Source of the DNA: Limnothrix sp. BL-A-16
Lineage (GTDB): Bacteria > Cyanobacteriota > Cyanobacteriia > CACIAM-69d
Assembly (NCBI GenBank): GCA_041937175.2
Contig: CP166615.1
Coordinates: 3,552,001 to 3,616,000, forward strand
Length of the DNA stretch: 64,000 nt
Direction: 5' to 3'
Shown here: piece by piece, positions 19,336 through 29,295 of the stretch
Layout of the letters: the number at the start of each line of letters is the position of its first letter
Position numbering within the stretch: the first letter of the stretch is position 1
Made by a program: the position numbers and the translations under genes
The notes under the pieces: generated by a model
Database searches by the model: none
Told to the model about the DNA's origin: nothing
Seen by the model: the letters and a program-made list of their open reading frames with translations, nothing else

Positions 19336-20847
19336 TTAGCCCGAGAAAGAAGACAAGCCGCCCAAGGTGGTCGATCGGGATGCTAACCGCGCTTTGCCCG
19401 CGGCCGCCCATTGTTGAAGGGCTTCGATTTGCTCACGGGCCGTGCGAGCCAGGGGCACAATTTGGCTAACGGCGGCCACGATGTCATCGGTGGTGAAATC
19501 GCGGTTTTCGCTGAAGCCAATGTGCATCGCTTCCACGATCGACTGTTCAATTTCGGCTCCGGAAAAGTCCGGCGTTTCGTAGGCCAGGCGATCGAGGTCG
19601 TAGGTCTTGAGGTTGTGGGGGCGCAGTCGGCTTAAATGCACCTCAAAAATTTCGCGGCGCTCTGGTTGGCTGGGCAATCCCACAAAGAAGATTTCGTCAA
19701 ATCGCCCTTTTCGCAACAGTTCTGGCGGCAAGGACTGGATATCGTTCGCCGTCGCCACCACAAAAACCGGCGATTGCTTTTCCGCCATCCAGGTGACAAA
19801 CGTGCCAAAAACCCGCGAGGCCGTGCCGCCGTCGCCCTTGCCGCCCAATCCGGCGAAGGCCTTGTCAATTTCATCAATCCACAGAATGCAGGGAGCCAGG
19901 GCTTCCGCGAGCTGAATGGTTTGGCGCGTGCGGGATTCAGACTCCCCCACCAAACCGCCAAACAAACGCCCCACATCCAACCGCAGCAAGGGCAAGTGCC
20001 AATGGTGGGCGATCGCCTTGGCCGTTAGGGATTTGCCAGTGCCCTGAATCCCCACCAACAACAGCCCCCGGGGATGGGGCAGGCCGTATTGGCGGGCCCG
20101 CTCCGAAAATGCGCCGCCGCGCCGCAGGAGCCAGGCTTTCAGGTTGTCTAGCCCGCCAATATCGGACATCTGTTCCGTGGCGGGGCAAAAGTCCAAAATT
20201 TGGGTTTGGCGGATCGATTGGCGCTTTTCTTCCAGGATCAGATCCATGGTTTCGGGGGGGAGGTTGCCGTTTTGGGCGATCGCCCGGCCCAACACCCGCC
20301 GCACCCGATCGAGCGAGAGGCCTTGGCTCGATCGCACCAAGTCTTCTAAGTCTCGTCCTGCCAGGGTTTGGCCCGTGGCTGCCGCCAGCCGTTGCACCTC
20401 CTGGCGCAGTTCATCGGCGGCGGGCAGGGGAAATTCCAGCACCGTCAGCACTTCGCTAAGGTCTTCGGGAATTTGCACCTGCGGGGAAAGGAGCACAATG
20501 TTTTTGGGTTGGGCCTTGAGCGATCGCGCCAAGTTACGCAACTTTCGGGCGATCGCAATATCATCCAAAAATCGATGAAAATCCCGTAAAACAAAGACTC
20601 CCGCCGCCGAATCGGGGAATTTTTCTAGAAACTCCAGGGCTTGCAGCGGATTGCGCTTACCTGCCCCCAAATCATTGGGACTGCCGCTGTAGCCTTCCAC
20701 AAAATCCCAAACATAAACCCCGCGATTGCCCTGGCTTTGGGCACATTGGGCGATCGCCTTTTCCACCCGCTCCTCTTCGGCGGTGGGGATATAAATCAGC
20801 GGATAGCGGGCCCGCAGGAGCAGCGAAAATTCCTGAAAAAAATCCAT
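19336..20847 (-). CDS. ycf46: Ycf46-family AAA+ ATPase
   Basis: LLRARYPLIY, GIQGTGKS Walker A, WIDEIDK Walker B, PPELLRKGRFDEIFFV. Confidence 0.9.
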   Translation of the reverse strand: MDFFQEFSLLLRARYPLIYIPTAEEERVEKAIAQCAQSQGNRGVYVWDFVEGYSGSPNDLGAGKRNPLQALEFLEKFPDSAAGVFVLRDFHRFLDDIAIARKLRNLARSLKAQPKNIVLLSPQVQIPEDLSEVLTVLEFPLPAADELRQEVQRLAAATGQTLAGRDLEDLVRSSQGLSLDRVRRVLGRAIAQNGNLPPETMDLILEEKRQSIRQTQILDFCPATEQMSDIGGLDNLKAWLLRRGGAFSERARQYGLPHPRGLLLVGIQGTGKSLTAKAIAHHWHLPLLRLDVGRLFGGLVGESESRTRQTIQLAEALAPCILWIDEIDKAFAGLGGKGDGGTASRVFGTFVTWMAEKQSPVFVVATANDIQSLPPELLRKGRFDEIFFVGLPSQPERREIFEVHLSRLRPHNLKTYDLDRLAYETPDFSGAEIEQSIVEAMHIGFSENRDFTTDDIVAAVSQIVPLARTAREQIEALQQWAAAGKARLASRSTTLGGLSSFSG

Positions 20848-21027
20848 ATTAATGACCGAATCACCAGCGGCCGAGTCCGAAATGCTGAAATTGGCTCTAG
20901 GGCGTATAAACGGCTTCTCTGCCCGCAATTCAGCATACCGCCTCTCTTGTTGAGGCGTGTGTTGCGGCCTGGGCAGGCGGCCAGATTCTGAGGTTGATTG
21001 TCAGATGATCCGAAACCCAATTCCACC

Positions 21028-21265
21028 GTTAGCAGATCGTGGGGGCGTTAGCAGATCAGATCGTGGGGTGTTAGCAGATCAGATCGTGGAGGTGTTAGCA
21101 GATCAGATCGTGGGGGCGTTAGCAGATCAGATCATGGGGGTGTTAGCAGATCAGATCGTGGGGGTGTTAGCAGATCAGATCGTGGGGGACAAGGGGCTTA
21201 AGCCCCTTGTCTTCATCAGTCGCTGGGGTAAGCTGCGTATCAACTTTGGCTTTTCAGACATCTTT
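21028..21265. repeat. Seven copies of about 24-bp GTTAGCAGATCAGATCGTGGGGG next to the palindrome (21189-21210); chimeric MITE A/B
   Basis: Units at 21028, 21047, 21070, 21094, 21118, 21142, 21166; right side ends in TCAGACATCTTT (family B end). Confidence 0.85.
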
Positions 21266-21319
21266 TTAGAAAGTCAATTCAATTTTTCAACCGTTGAGTT
21301 TACTTAAACTTGCTATCAG

Positions 21320-21982
21320 CTAGTCCACAATTAAACCATCTCGAATTTGAATTTTGCGCTGGGTGCGATCGGCGATCGCTAAGTCATGGGTAATCAACAC
21401 AATCGCGATGTTTTGTTCATGCAATTGATCAAATAAAGTCATCACCTCTTGGGTGGTTTGGCTATCGAGAGCACCGGTTGGCTCGTCCGCTAACAGTAGA
21501 GATGGCTGATTGATCAACGCTCGGGCGATCGCCACCCGTTGCTGTTGACCTCCCGACAGTTGATTGGGCCGGTTATGGAGTCGATCGCCTAACCCAACAC
21601 TCACCAAGGCGGCTTCGGCGCGGGCCCGGCGATCGGCTTTGGGGAGGCCCGCATAGACCGCTGGCAACATCACATTTTCCAGGGCTGTGGCACGGGGCAA
21701 CAGATTAAATTGCTGAAAAACAAAGCCAATGCGCTGATTGCGAATGTAGGCTAATTCTGTCGGATTCAGCGCGGTTAAGTTGCGATTTTCAAAGGTATAG
21801 ATTCCTTCTGTGGGGCGATCGAGGCAACCAATGATATTCATCAGGGTTGACTTGCCCGAACCTGAACTACCCACGATCGCCAAGTAGTCATTGGCAGGAA
21901 TATCTAAATCAATCCCCTTCAAAATGGGCACGGTATTTTCGCCCAGTTGATAGGTTTTGGTGATGTTTTTCAGGGTAATCAT
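21320..21982 (-). CDS. ABC transporter ATP-binding protein (MacB/LolD type)
   Basis: [35 protein letters not shown]. Confidence 0.95.
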   Translation of the reverse strand: MITLKNITKTYQLGENTVPILKGIDLDIPANDYLAIVGSSGSGKSTLMNIIGCLDRPTEGIYTFENRNLTALNPTELAYIRNQRIGFVFQQFNLLPRATALENVMLPAVYAGLPKADRRARAEAALVSVGLGDRLHNRPNQLSGGQQQRVAIARALINQPSLLLADEPTGALDSQTTQEVMTLFDQLHEQNIAIVLITHDLAIADRTQRKIQIRDGLIVD

Positions 21983-21993
21983 GGAAGGTTGCC

Positions 21994-23256
21994 TCACTCG
22001 CTACGCAGGGCGGCGATCGGGTCAAGTCGAGCGGCATTGCGCGCAGGAATGACCCCAGCCGCCAAACCCACCGCCGTCGATAATCCAACCCCAACTACCA
22101 CCGCACTGCCCGAAATCACTAAGGCAAATTGAAAGACCATTGATGCCACCACGGTCACGCCAATGCCCAAAATGATGCCGACGGTTCCTCCCAAAACAGA
22201 AATAGCCACGGACTCAACCAAAAACTGACTGAGAATAGCGCGATCCGTTGCTCCTACGGCTTTGCGCACACCAATTTCGCGGGTGCGTTCTACTACGGAA
22301 ACCAACATAATATTGGCGATGCCGATGCCGCCAACCACTAAAGAAATCGCCGCAACGGCCACAATCGTGGTTGTCAGTAACCCCAGAATGGTGGTCAAGG
22401 TTTTGAGGATATCGGCCTGGTTGGTAACGCGAAAATCATCATCGGTAGGCGACATGATTTTGTGGCGCAATCGCAGAATATTCGTGACTTGAAATTTCAG
22501 GGTTTCTAATTGCGATTCATGCTGACTTTTAATAAAAATGCCATTCACAGAAATACCCGTGAGCGCATTCCTGCCGATCGTGCGGGCTGACATGGTGGTC
22601 AGGGGAATATAAACCGCATCATCGCGATCTTGCGGCCCCTGGGAACCCTTGGCTTCCATCACGCCAATTACTTTGTATAGTTCACCGCGAATGCGAATTT
22701 TTTGGCCAATGGGATCGATGTCCGCCGGAAACAAATTCCGTTGCACCGTGGGGCCAATCACGACTACTGAAGCCGTTTCATCGAGTTCCGATTGGCGGAA
22801 AAAACGTCCCACTTGCGGATAGGTATTGCGTGCATCCGGAAAGCTCAAATCTGCGCCATAGGCCGTGGTGGATGTGTTGGTTTGGTTGTAAACCACCTGC
22901 ACGGGCCGTTGTAAATAGGCGGCAACGACGGTGGCTGAGGGGGCTTGTTGGGCGATCGCCTTGGCATCTTCCCAGGTGAGGGTGCTCACAGACCCCATGG
23001 CTTGCACCACGCCGCCACTTTTCGCCGAGCCAGACATCACTTGCAACACATCAGTTCCGAGGCTGCGAATGCTGTCTTCCGTAGACTTCTGCACGCCCTG
23101 CCCGATCGAGGTAATCGAAATCACCGATGAGATGCCAATAATCACCCCCAACATGGTTAAGGCGCTGCGGAGTTTGTTATTCCAAAGGGATTCGATCGCC
23201 ATTTCCATAATGTCGATCATTGAAATCGTTAAGCGATTAGGCTTTGCTTGGGTCAT
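21994..23256 (-). CDS. ABC transporter permease (MacB/FtsX type)
   Basis: RSALTMLGVIIGI, GGIGIANIMLVSVVERTREIGVRKAVGA, PARNAARLDPI. Confidence 0.95.
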   Translation of the reverse strand: MTQAKPNRLTISMIDIMEMAIESLWNNKLRSALTMLGVIIGISSVISITSIGQGVQKSTEDSIRSLGTDVLQVMSGSAKSGGVVQAMGSVSTLTWEDAKAIAQQAPSATVVAAYLQRPVQVVYNQTNTSTTAYGADLSFPDARNTYPQVGRFFRQSELDETASVVVIGPTVQRNLFPADIDPIGQKIRIRGELYKVIGVMEAKGSQGPQDRDDAVYIPLTTMSARTIGRNALTGISVNGIFIKSQHESQLETLKFQVTNILRLRHKIMSPTDDDFRVTNQADILKTLTTILGLLTTTIVAVAAISLVVGGIGIANIMLVSVVERTREIGVRKAVGATDRAILSQFLVESVAISVLGGTVGIILGIGVTVVASMVFQFALVISGSAVVVGVGLSTAVGLAAGVIPARNAARLDPIAALRSE

Positions 23257-23395
23257 TGCAATATTCACCAGCCATTGGATAGGATCAGTCGCTGTCGGTT
23301 GGTTGAGACCGGCCGAATTTCATTGAATAGAATCAGTCGCTGTCAGTTGGTTGAGAACTGTCGAATTTCAGCAGCCGAAATTGCAGCCTAAGATC

Positions 23396-24928
23396 CTAGG
23401 GAGGCGGTGGTGCTTTGGGCAGAATACTGAAGCCTTTTGAGCCAGAATCTAAATTGCTGGGCGGACTGACCAATACTTGCTCATTGCCCTGTAACCCGGT
23501 TTTCACTTCGGTGGAGCCTTCAACCGTCAAGCCCGTTTCAATCTTGCGAAAAACAGGGTTACGATCGGCTCCCAAAATATAAACACCTTCACCCTCGGCT
23601 CGGCGCACCACAGCCGCATTGGGCACGAGCAAAGCACTGGCAAGTTGCCCAATTTCAAACTCTGCTTCGACATTCATGCCTGCTTTTAACTGGTTCGACT
23701 GGGCATCATTAATTGCAATGTAAACTTCAAAGCTCGTCACATTTTGCGAGACCGTTGCCTTTGGTGCAATTCGAGCAACATAACCCCGAAATTGCTGACC
23801 AGGAAAGGCATCTACTTGAATGCTTACGGGCTGATTGAGGCGAATATTGCGAATTTGCGCTTCGGCTAAATTCACGACGACTTCTTGGCGATCGCTGGCC
23901 AAAATTAAAATTGAAGAAGAAGAAGCCGATTCGCTACCGCCCGCCACCGATGGGCTAACGAATGAACCCACATCGGCATATTTTTTAATCACAATTCCAT
24001 CAAAGGGAGCGGTGATTTTGGTGTCTTGCAGTTGGGTTTGAATCGATCGCAAATCACCGCGCGCCGACTGCACTTGGGCCTTGGCTTGGGCAACATCCTC
24101 CACACGACTACCCGCTTTGAGTAGGGCAACAGCTTGTTGCTGCTGACGCACGCGGGCGATCGCCTGGGCGATGTCTTCTGGGCGATTGCCAGCCCGTTGT
24201 AGTGCCAGGGCTTGGGCCGCCTCGATCGACTGGCGTTGCGCCACCTCGTAGTCTGTCCGTTTTTGGTCGAGGGTCTGCGCCGAAATTGCCCCATCCTGGA
24301 ATAGCTCTTGATAGCGCTGATAGTCGGACTCGCGCTGCTTTAAGGTGGCCTGGGCTTGCTGCGATCGGGCCACCGCTTGGGCAATTTCCTGGGGGCGATT
24401 GCCCGATCGCAGCATTTGTAACTGAGCTTGACTTTCCGCCAGTTGGGCCTCCGCTTGGGCAATTTCTTGGGGGCGATTACCCGCCGTCAAGCGTGCCAAG
24501 TTGGCCTGCTGTTGGGCGAGCTGGCCTTGGCGCTGCATGAGCTGGCCTTGTAAATCCGCATCGTCCATGAAGGCAACTACTTGGCCCTGACGCACCCGAT
24601 CGCCCTCCTTCACCAGCAGCGATTTGACGATGCCCGCCGTTTTGGGGCCGAGGTTAATCGATCGCTCCGCCGCGATCGTGCCATTGGCGGCGATCGTCAC
24701 GGTCACGGTTTGCCGTCGCACCGGCTGCGTCAACATCACCGTGGTGGAGCGATTGCCCCCCGTGAGTTGAGCCGCCACATTCCCGCCACCAAAGAGCAGC
24801 AGCGGCACGATCGGCAGCCCCCACTTCAGCCAACGCCCGCGATCGCGAGTCTGCATCACCACACCTGCTTGGCCAGAATGGGAAGCACCAGAAAGCCGAG
24901 ACCAAAGGTAGGAAAGGGAATTGGGCAT
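23396..24928 (-). CDS. Efflux periplasmic adaptor (MacA/HlyD family)
   Basis: VKEGDRVRQGQ, repeated AGNRPQEIAQA coiled coil, ITAPFDG; GGAGG RBS before ATG 24928. Confidence 0.92.
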   Translation of the reverse strand: MPNSLSYLWSRLSGASHSGQAGVVMQTRDRGRWLKWGLPIVPLLLFGGGNVAAQLTGGNRSTTVMLTQPVRRQTVTVTIAANGTIAAERSINLGPKTAGIVKSLLVKEGDRVRQGQVVAFMDDADLQGQLMQRQGQLAQQQANLARLTAGNRPQEIAQAEAQLAESQAQLQMLRSGNRPQEIAQAVARSQQAQATLKQRESDYQRYQELFQDGAISAQTLDQKRTDYEVAQRQSIEAAQALALQRAGNRPEDIAQAIARVRQQQQAVALLKAGSRVEDVAQAKAQVQSARGDLRSIQTQLQDTKITAPFDGIVIKKYADVGSFVSPSVAGGSESASSSSILILASDRQEVVVNLAEAQIRNIRLNQPVSIQVDAFPGQQFRGYVARIAPKATVSQNVTSFEVYIAINDAQSNQLKAGMNVEAEFEIGQLASALLVPNAAVVRRAEGEGVYILGADRNPVFRKIETGLTVEGSTEVKTGLQGNEQVLVSPPSNLDSGSKGFSILPKAPPPP

Positions 24929-25066
24929 GGGTGTTTTCCTCCACAAAAATGCCTGGTGAATGTCACGAGTTGGCGGCGGTTGGACGGAGCGATCGCCAAT
25001 GAACGAACAGCAGAATGAACAACAACGGACATCGATCAAGGGCGATCGCCCAGTCTTTTGATCAAA

Positions 25067-25082
25067 AAGTTAGTACTTACTT
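25067..25082. promoter_or_regulatory. Putative TetR operator upstream of efflux operon
   Basis: AAGTTAG-TA-CTTACTT near-palindrome matching the site at 25804. Confidence 0.7.
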
Positions 25083-25155
25083 ATTAATTACCTAAAAAAA
25101 TCCCACCAAACAGACGCGATCGCGGACGGCCACATGCTCGATCACTTTCCCGACT

Positions 25156-25800
25156 TCAGCCCGACGGCCGGCCCTCTGGCGCGATCCCTGGCCAAAGGAT
25201 GTCGATTAGACTGGCCACAAACTGTGAAGGTTCGATGCGGTGGCTCGGTCTTGGATCTGATGACTGGCCGAGCTGCGGCCCTTGGGAAATGGGTCGCAGT
25301 TCATTGGCAATGACGTAGTTGATGATGCTGCCCACCAGCAGATGCGCCAAGGCCGTTGGGTCGATCGCCCGTAACCAGCCCCCCGCCACGGCCCGCTCCA
25401 AAAACAGGGCCAACAAACGACTATCGCGCACCGGAGGCGGTGGCAAGTGAGGGGAGTGCGGCGGGTGAGGCATTTTTTTTTGCGCCATCATCATGAACAC
25501 CCGTGGCAAGCCTTCTTGATAGAACGCCAGCATTTCGTCACAGATTTCCGTCAGCTCTGCTTTGATATTGGCGGTCGGCTGTCGGTCTTGCAGGCGCTTC
25601 ACCCAGTCGGGCGTTTCCGTCACCCCCATCGCCGCCAAAAACAGGGCTTGTTTGGTGGGAAACCGCTTAAACACCGAGGCTTCGGAAATACCGGCGCGTC
25701 GGGCAATTTCCACCGTCGAAGCCTTCACGCCCTGCTCCAAAAACACCTGACGAGCGGCGATCAAGATGGCTTCGTTGGTGATTTTGGGCGGGCGAGGCAT
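25156..25800 (-). CDS. TetR/AcrR-family transcriptional regulator
   Basis: ILIAARQVFLEQG...EIARRAGISEASVFKRFPTKQALF HTH. Confidence 0.95.
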   Translation of the reverse strand: MPRPPKITNEAILIAARQVFLEQGVKASTVEIARRAGISEASVFKRFPTKQALFLAAMGVTETPDWVKRLQDRQPTANIKAELTEICDEMLAFYQEGLPRVFMMMAQKKMPHPPHSPHLPPPPVRDSRLLALFLERAVAGGWLRAIDPTALAHLLVGSIINYVIANELRPISQGPQLGQSSDPRPSHRIEPSQFVASLIDILWPGIAPEGRPSG

Positions 25801-25803
25801 AAA

Positions 25804-25819
25804 AAGTAAGCACTTACTT
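25804..25819. promoter_or_regulatory. Putative TetR autoregulatory operator
   Basis: Palindrome AAGTAAG-CA-CTTACTT directly upstream of the tetR start. Confidence 0.72.
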
Positions 25820-25928
25820 ACTCAAGAGTTTGCGCAATTTTCCCCGGCTCGTCAAGGCCCATGGGCGATCGCCTCTTGTTGTCCGGGGAGATCCATCCCG
25901 ATCGCCCGGGTTATGGCCGATCTAAGGA

Positions 25929-27695
25929 TCAATTGGCCAGGGTTCGCTCAAACCAGGCCTGGATAGTGGCAGCGATCGCCTCGGCCAGCCGCCCTTGCTC
26001 AGTCGGATCCGTAATCCACTCAGATTCGGTGGGGTGGCTCATAAAGCCCAATTCCATCAAAACGGCAGGGGCGATCGTGGGGCGCGCTAGGGCCAAGTTG
26101 CCCCAAAACACACCGTAGGAGGGTCGATCGAGCCGGCGGGTCAGCTCGTCATGCAAAAACTGCGCGAGGCCTTGGGCTTGGGGCTGATACCAAAACATGC
26201 CAATCCCCTGGGTGGTTTCGGCATTACCATCGTCGGGCAGGGCGTTGTAATGCACCGAGAGGGCGATCGTCGGTTCTAGCTCGGCAATTTGGGCCAGGCG
26301 ATCGGGAATCGGTAAATCTTGATCGGTCGATCGGGTCAGCACCACCCGCGCCCCGCGTCGCTCCAAGGCGGCTTGGAGTTTCAGGCTGGTTTCCAAGTTC
26401 GGGGTCTTTTCGGGGATGCCGGCCGCATTAATTGCGCCCGATTCCCGGCCCCCATGGCCCGGATCCAACAAAATCGTGATCCCCGCCAGAGGAGCCGACC
26501 CCGATCGCAAGGGGGGATGCTTGATCCGCCAATGGAGCACGTTGCCTTCATAGCGCAAAGTCCAGCCCCAGGCCTGGGCGGTGGCCAGTCGGGCCCGATA
26601 TTCCAAGCGATTCCCCGGCAACACTTGCCAAGTGAGTTGACTAATGGCCGGGTTGCGCTGCAAAAACAGGGTGTCCGTTTGGGCGATCGCCTGATGCAGC
26701 GTCAAGATCAAATCCTGGCCTTCCTGGCGCACTTCCACGGGCACGGGTTCGCTGAGGGGAAACTGCACTTCCACAGCCGTTCCCTGATTTTGGGCCCGAA
26801 TGCCTTGCACCACCGCTTGTAGGGGGGTGGAGCTGGGTTCAATCGCCACTTCGCTGGCCTGGATCCAAGCCCCATAGTCGAGGCGCAACCAATCGCCCCG
26901 ACGGCCAGTGATCGTGGCTTGGCTGCCTTGGGGCAAGGGCGTGAGGCGGCTGTGGTCAGTGCTGGGGCCCGTGCGGGCCACGCCCCAAGGAACCGTCACC
27001 CGGGCCCGATCGCGTCGATCGCGCGGCCAAACGGTGATTCGGCCGCGAGGGGTCATGGGCATTTCGCCATCGATGTAAAACCGCACCTGGCCCCAATCGT
27101 CGGGGCGATCGGGCGTGAAGCAGCCCTCATAGGTCGTCAAGGACGAAGGCGGCGGGAGATCGCTGCCCGTCAGTACCGAAGAGTTGGGCAACGGCGATCC
27201 ACCGGATGGCCGGGGCAACATCCGAAAGGTCTGTTCTGCCACCCGCGCATCAATGGTCAAGTTGGGCCGCCCCGTCACCCGCAGGCAAATTGGCTCCCCG
27301 ATCGGCCAGCCCCAATCGGCCATCGGCTCCAGGGCGGCCAGGGGCGTGCTCAACAACGGCTGATTGGAGATGCGGTTGATGGTGCGAATTTCCGTGCGAT
27401 CGGCCCAGCGGATTTCAAACCGGTTGGGGCCCAGTTGCAACGGAAAACTGGGGGCAAAATGCCCAAAAGCACTGCGATTCACCCCTTGGCCATTGATCGT
27501 GACCGAGCCGGTGGGTGGCGCAGTGCCCAGGAAAAAAATTCGATCGCTCGTAGTTTGGTGGCCATCGGGCGGATAGACCAGCCGCAATTCCGGGGAACTC
27601 GGGGCCGGTTGGGCGATCGCCACCCCCGCCCACAGCAACGGCGCGATCGCCCCCACCATCAGCCGGGAAGCGCCCCCCAGTTCCCACGGTCTCAT
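25929..27695 (-). CDS. N-acetylmuramoyl-L-alanine amidase (Amidase_3) with SH3-like domain
   Basis: Signal peptide; ILLDPGHGG, EK, LSVHYNA, AVLMELGF. Confidence 0.92.
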   Translation of the reverse strand: MRPWELGGASRLMVGAIAPLLWAGVAIAQPAPSSPELRLVYPPDGHQTTSDRIFFLGTAPPTGSVTINGQGVNRSAFGHFAPSFPLQLGPNRFEIRWADRTEIRTINRISNQPLLSTPLAALEPMADWGWPIGEPICLRVTGRPNLTIDARVAEQTFRMLPRPSGGSPLPNSSVLTGSDLPPPSSLTTYEGCFTPDRPDDWGQVRFYIDGEMPMTPRGRITVWPRDRRDRARVTVPWGVARTGPSTDHSRLTPLPQGSQATITGRRGDWLRLDYGAWIQASEVAIEPSSTPLQAVVQGIRAQNQGTAVEVQFPLSEPVPVEVRQEGQDLILTLHQAIAQTDTLFLQRNPAISQLTWQVLPGNRLEYRARLATAQAWGWTLRYEGNVLHWRIKHPPLRSGSAPLAGITILLDPGHGGRESGAINAAGIPEKTPNLETSLKLQAALERRGARVVLTRSTDQDLPIPDRLAQIAELEPTIALSVHYNALPDDGNAETTQGIGMFWYQPQAQGLAQFLHDELTRRLDRPSYGVFWGNLALARPTIAPAVLMELGFMSHPTESEWITDPTEQGRLAEAIAATIQAWFERTLAN

Positions 27696-28514
27696 TTACT
27701 TGCTGGCCCGCTCAAAGGCGGCCTTGAACGCCTCAGGGCTGGGCGCACCCTGCACCGGCTCACCGGCCATCAAAAAGGTGGGAGTCCCTTCCAAACCCAA
27801 GCTTTCCGCCAACTCCGCATCGGTGGTTACGGCTTTTTTGGCCGCCTCGCTGTTGCGATCACGCTCAAACCGGCTCAAATCCAATCCCAACTTCTTCGCC
27901 AATTCCCCATACAAGCCATCGGCCAGACGCGATTGGTTGGCAAACAGTTCATCGTGATATTCCCAGAACTTGCCCTGTTGCTGGGCAGCCCAAGCGGCCT
28001 GGGCGGCGGGAATCGCCTGGGGATGGATGCTGGTGAGGGGGAAATGCTTAAAGGTCAGAATCACCCGATCTTGATAGTCCTCCATGAACTGCTTCAGGGG
28101 AGCCAAGGCCCGGCCGCAGTAGGGACACTGAAAATCGGAAAACTCCACCAACAGCACTCGACCTTTGCCAAGGGTGGGAGAGTTGCCAATTACCTTTTTC
28201 GGGTCAGATTTGGCATCACGGGCGAAATTTTGCCGCAATTCCCGCTGCTTTTGGGACTGCTGTTGGTTATAGTCCGCCACAGATTCCAAAATCACTTGCG
28301 GATTTTTGCGGATTACGTCCAGCACTTTGGCTTCAAAATCCGCATCCACATTGCCCCCGGCGGACAGGGCGATCGGCTGGCAGGCCACCAAGAAGAGGGT
28401 GGTGGACAGGGCTAAGGCTCCGGCTCCGGCCCAAAAGCGCAGGGAAGAGGCCCGAAACAACCAATGGGCCAGGGTTTGAAAAAGAGTTTGGAGGGTCTGG
28501 AATGCCTTGAGCAT
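27696..28514 (-). CDS. DsbA-family thioredoxin-fold protein
   Basis: EFSDFQCPYC, KHFPL, GTPTF; start uncertain. Confidence 0.92.
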   Translation of the reverse strand: MLKAFQTLQTLFQTLAHWLFRASSLRFWAGAGALALSTTLFLVACQPIALSAGGNVDADFEAKVLDVIRKNPQVILESVADYNQQQSQKQRELRQNFARDAKSDPKKVIGNSPTLGKGRVLLVEFSDFQCPYCGRALAPLKQFMEDYQDRVILTFKHFPLTSIHPQAIPAAQAAWAAQQQGKFWEYHDELFANQSRLADGLYGELAKKLGLDLSRFERDRNSEAAKKAVTTDAELAESLGLEGTPTFLMAGEPVQGAPSPEAFKAAFERASK

Positions 28515-28691
28515 GGGCCTGAGCCTAAATGAAAGATCCTGAGAGCGATTAAAAAACAAACAGAGAACCGAAAAACGAGGGCCGAAAACCTCGACAGGGA
28601 CACAGTGACCCCAAATCAGTGGTCTAAGCAGCACCCGAGGGCGATCATCTATCCCCGCAAGGACTGACAGGGGAGGCCATTGGCCAGTTCC

Positions 28692-29225
28692 TTAGTCGGC
28701 GGCGTTGGGGCGATCGGGTCGTTGCAACATGGCAATCAACAGACAAATGATGCCCACATTAATCGACACATCCGCCAGATTAAACACCGGGAACCGAATC
28801 AGCCGGAAATCCAGAAAGTCAATGACGTGGCCCAGGGCAAAGCGATCGATCCCATTGCCCAACGCGCCCCCCAGCACAAACCCGTAGCCCCACTGTTCCC
28901 AGCGGTTCATGCGCGGGCTGCCCAGGGCCAGGGCCATCAGGGCCGCACTGACCGCCAACGAGAGCCACCGCAGCCAGCCGCTGCCCTGGAACAGGCTGAA
29001 GGCCGCGCCGGAGTTGACTACGTAGGTGAAGTGAAACCAACCGGGGATCAGCGGGATGGTCTGGGGCGGAATCGTGAGAGCGAAGGTGCTGGCCACCCAG
29101 GCTTTGGTGATGCGATCGACCCCGACGCTGGCAACGGCCACCACCCAAAACCAGCCATTTTTGGAGACCAGGCGGCCACAGGATTTGGCCCAGGCGGGAA
29201 TCGGTTTGGATCGAGACTCTGGCAC
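28692..29225 (-). CDS. lspA: Lipoprotein signal peptidase II
   Basis: DRITK, NSGAAFS, GGALGNGIDR, VIDFL, FNLADVSI; start uncertain (GTG 29225 used). Confidence 0.93.
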   Translation of the reverse strand: MPESRSKPIPAWAKSCGRLVSKNGWFWVVAVASVGVDRITKAWVASTFALTIPPQTIPLIPGWFHFTYVVNSGAAFSLFQGSGWLRWLSLAVSAALMALALGSPRMNRWEQWGYGFVLGGALGNGIDRFALGHVIDFLDFRLIRFPVFNLADVSINVGIICLLIAMLQRPDRPNAAD

Positions 29226-29295
29226 CGGACTATCCACAAAATTCAACGGTGGCGGCTCTCTGGGGGTGATGGGGTTCCCGCAGGATCGCCAACTT

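Noticed and set aside
21028..21188. CRISPR array or coding repeat (ORF 20957-21307, VLADQIVG repeats)
   Set aside because: Head-to-tail 24-bp repeats without spacers; the ORF is a by-product of a period divisible by 3
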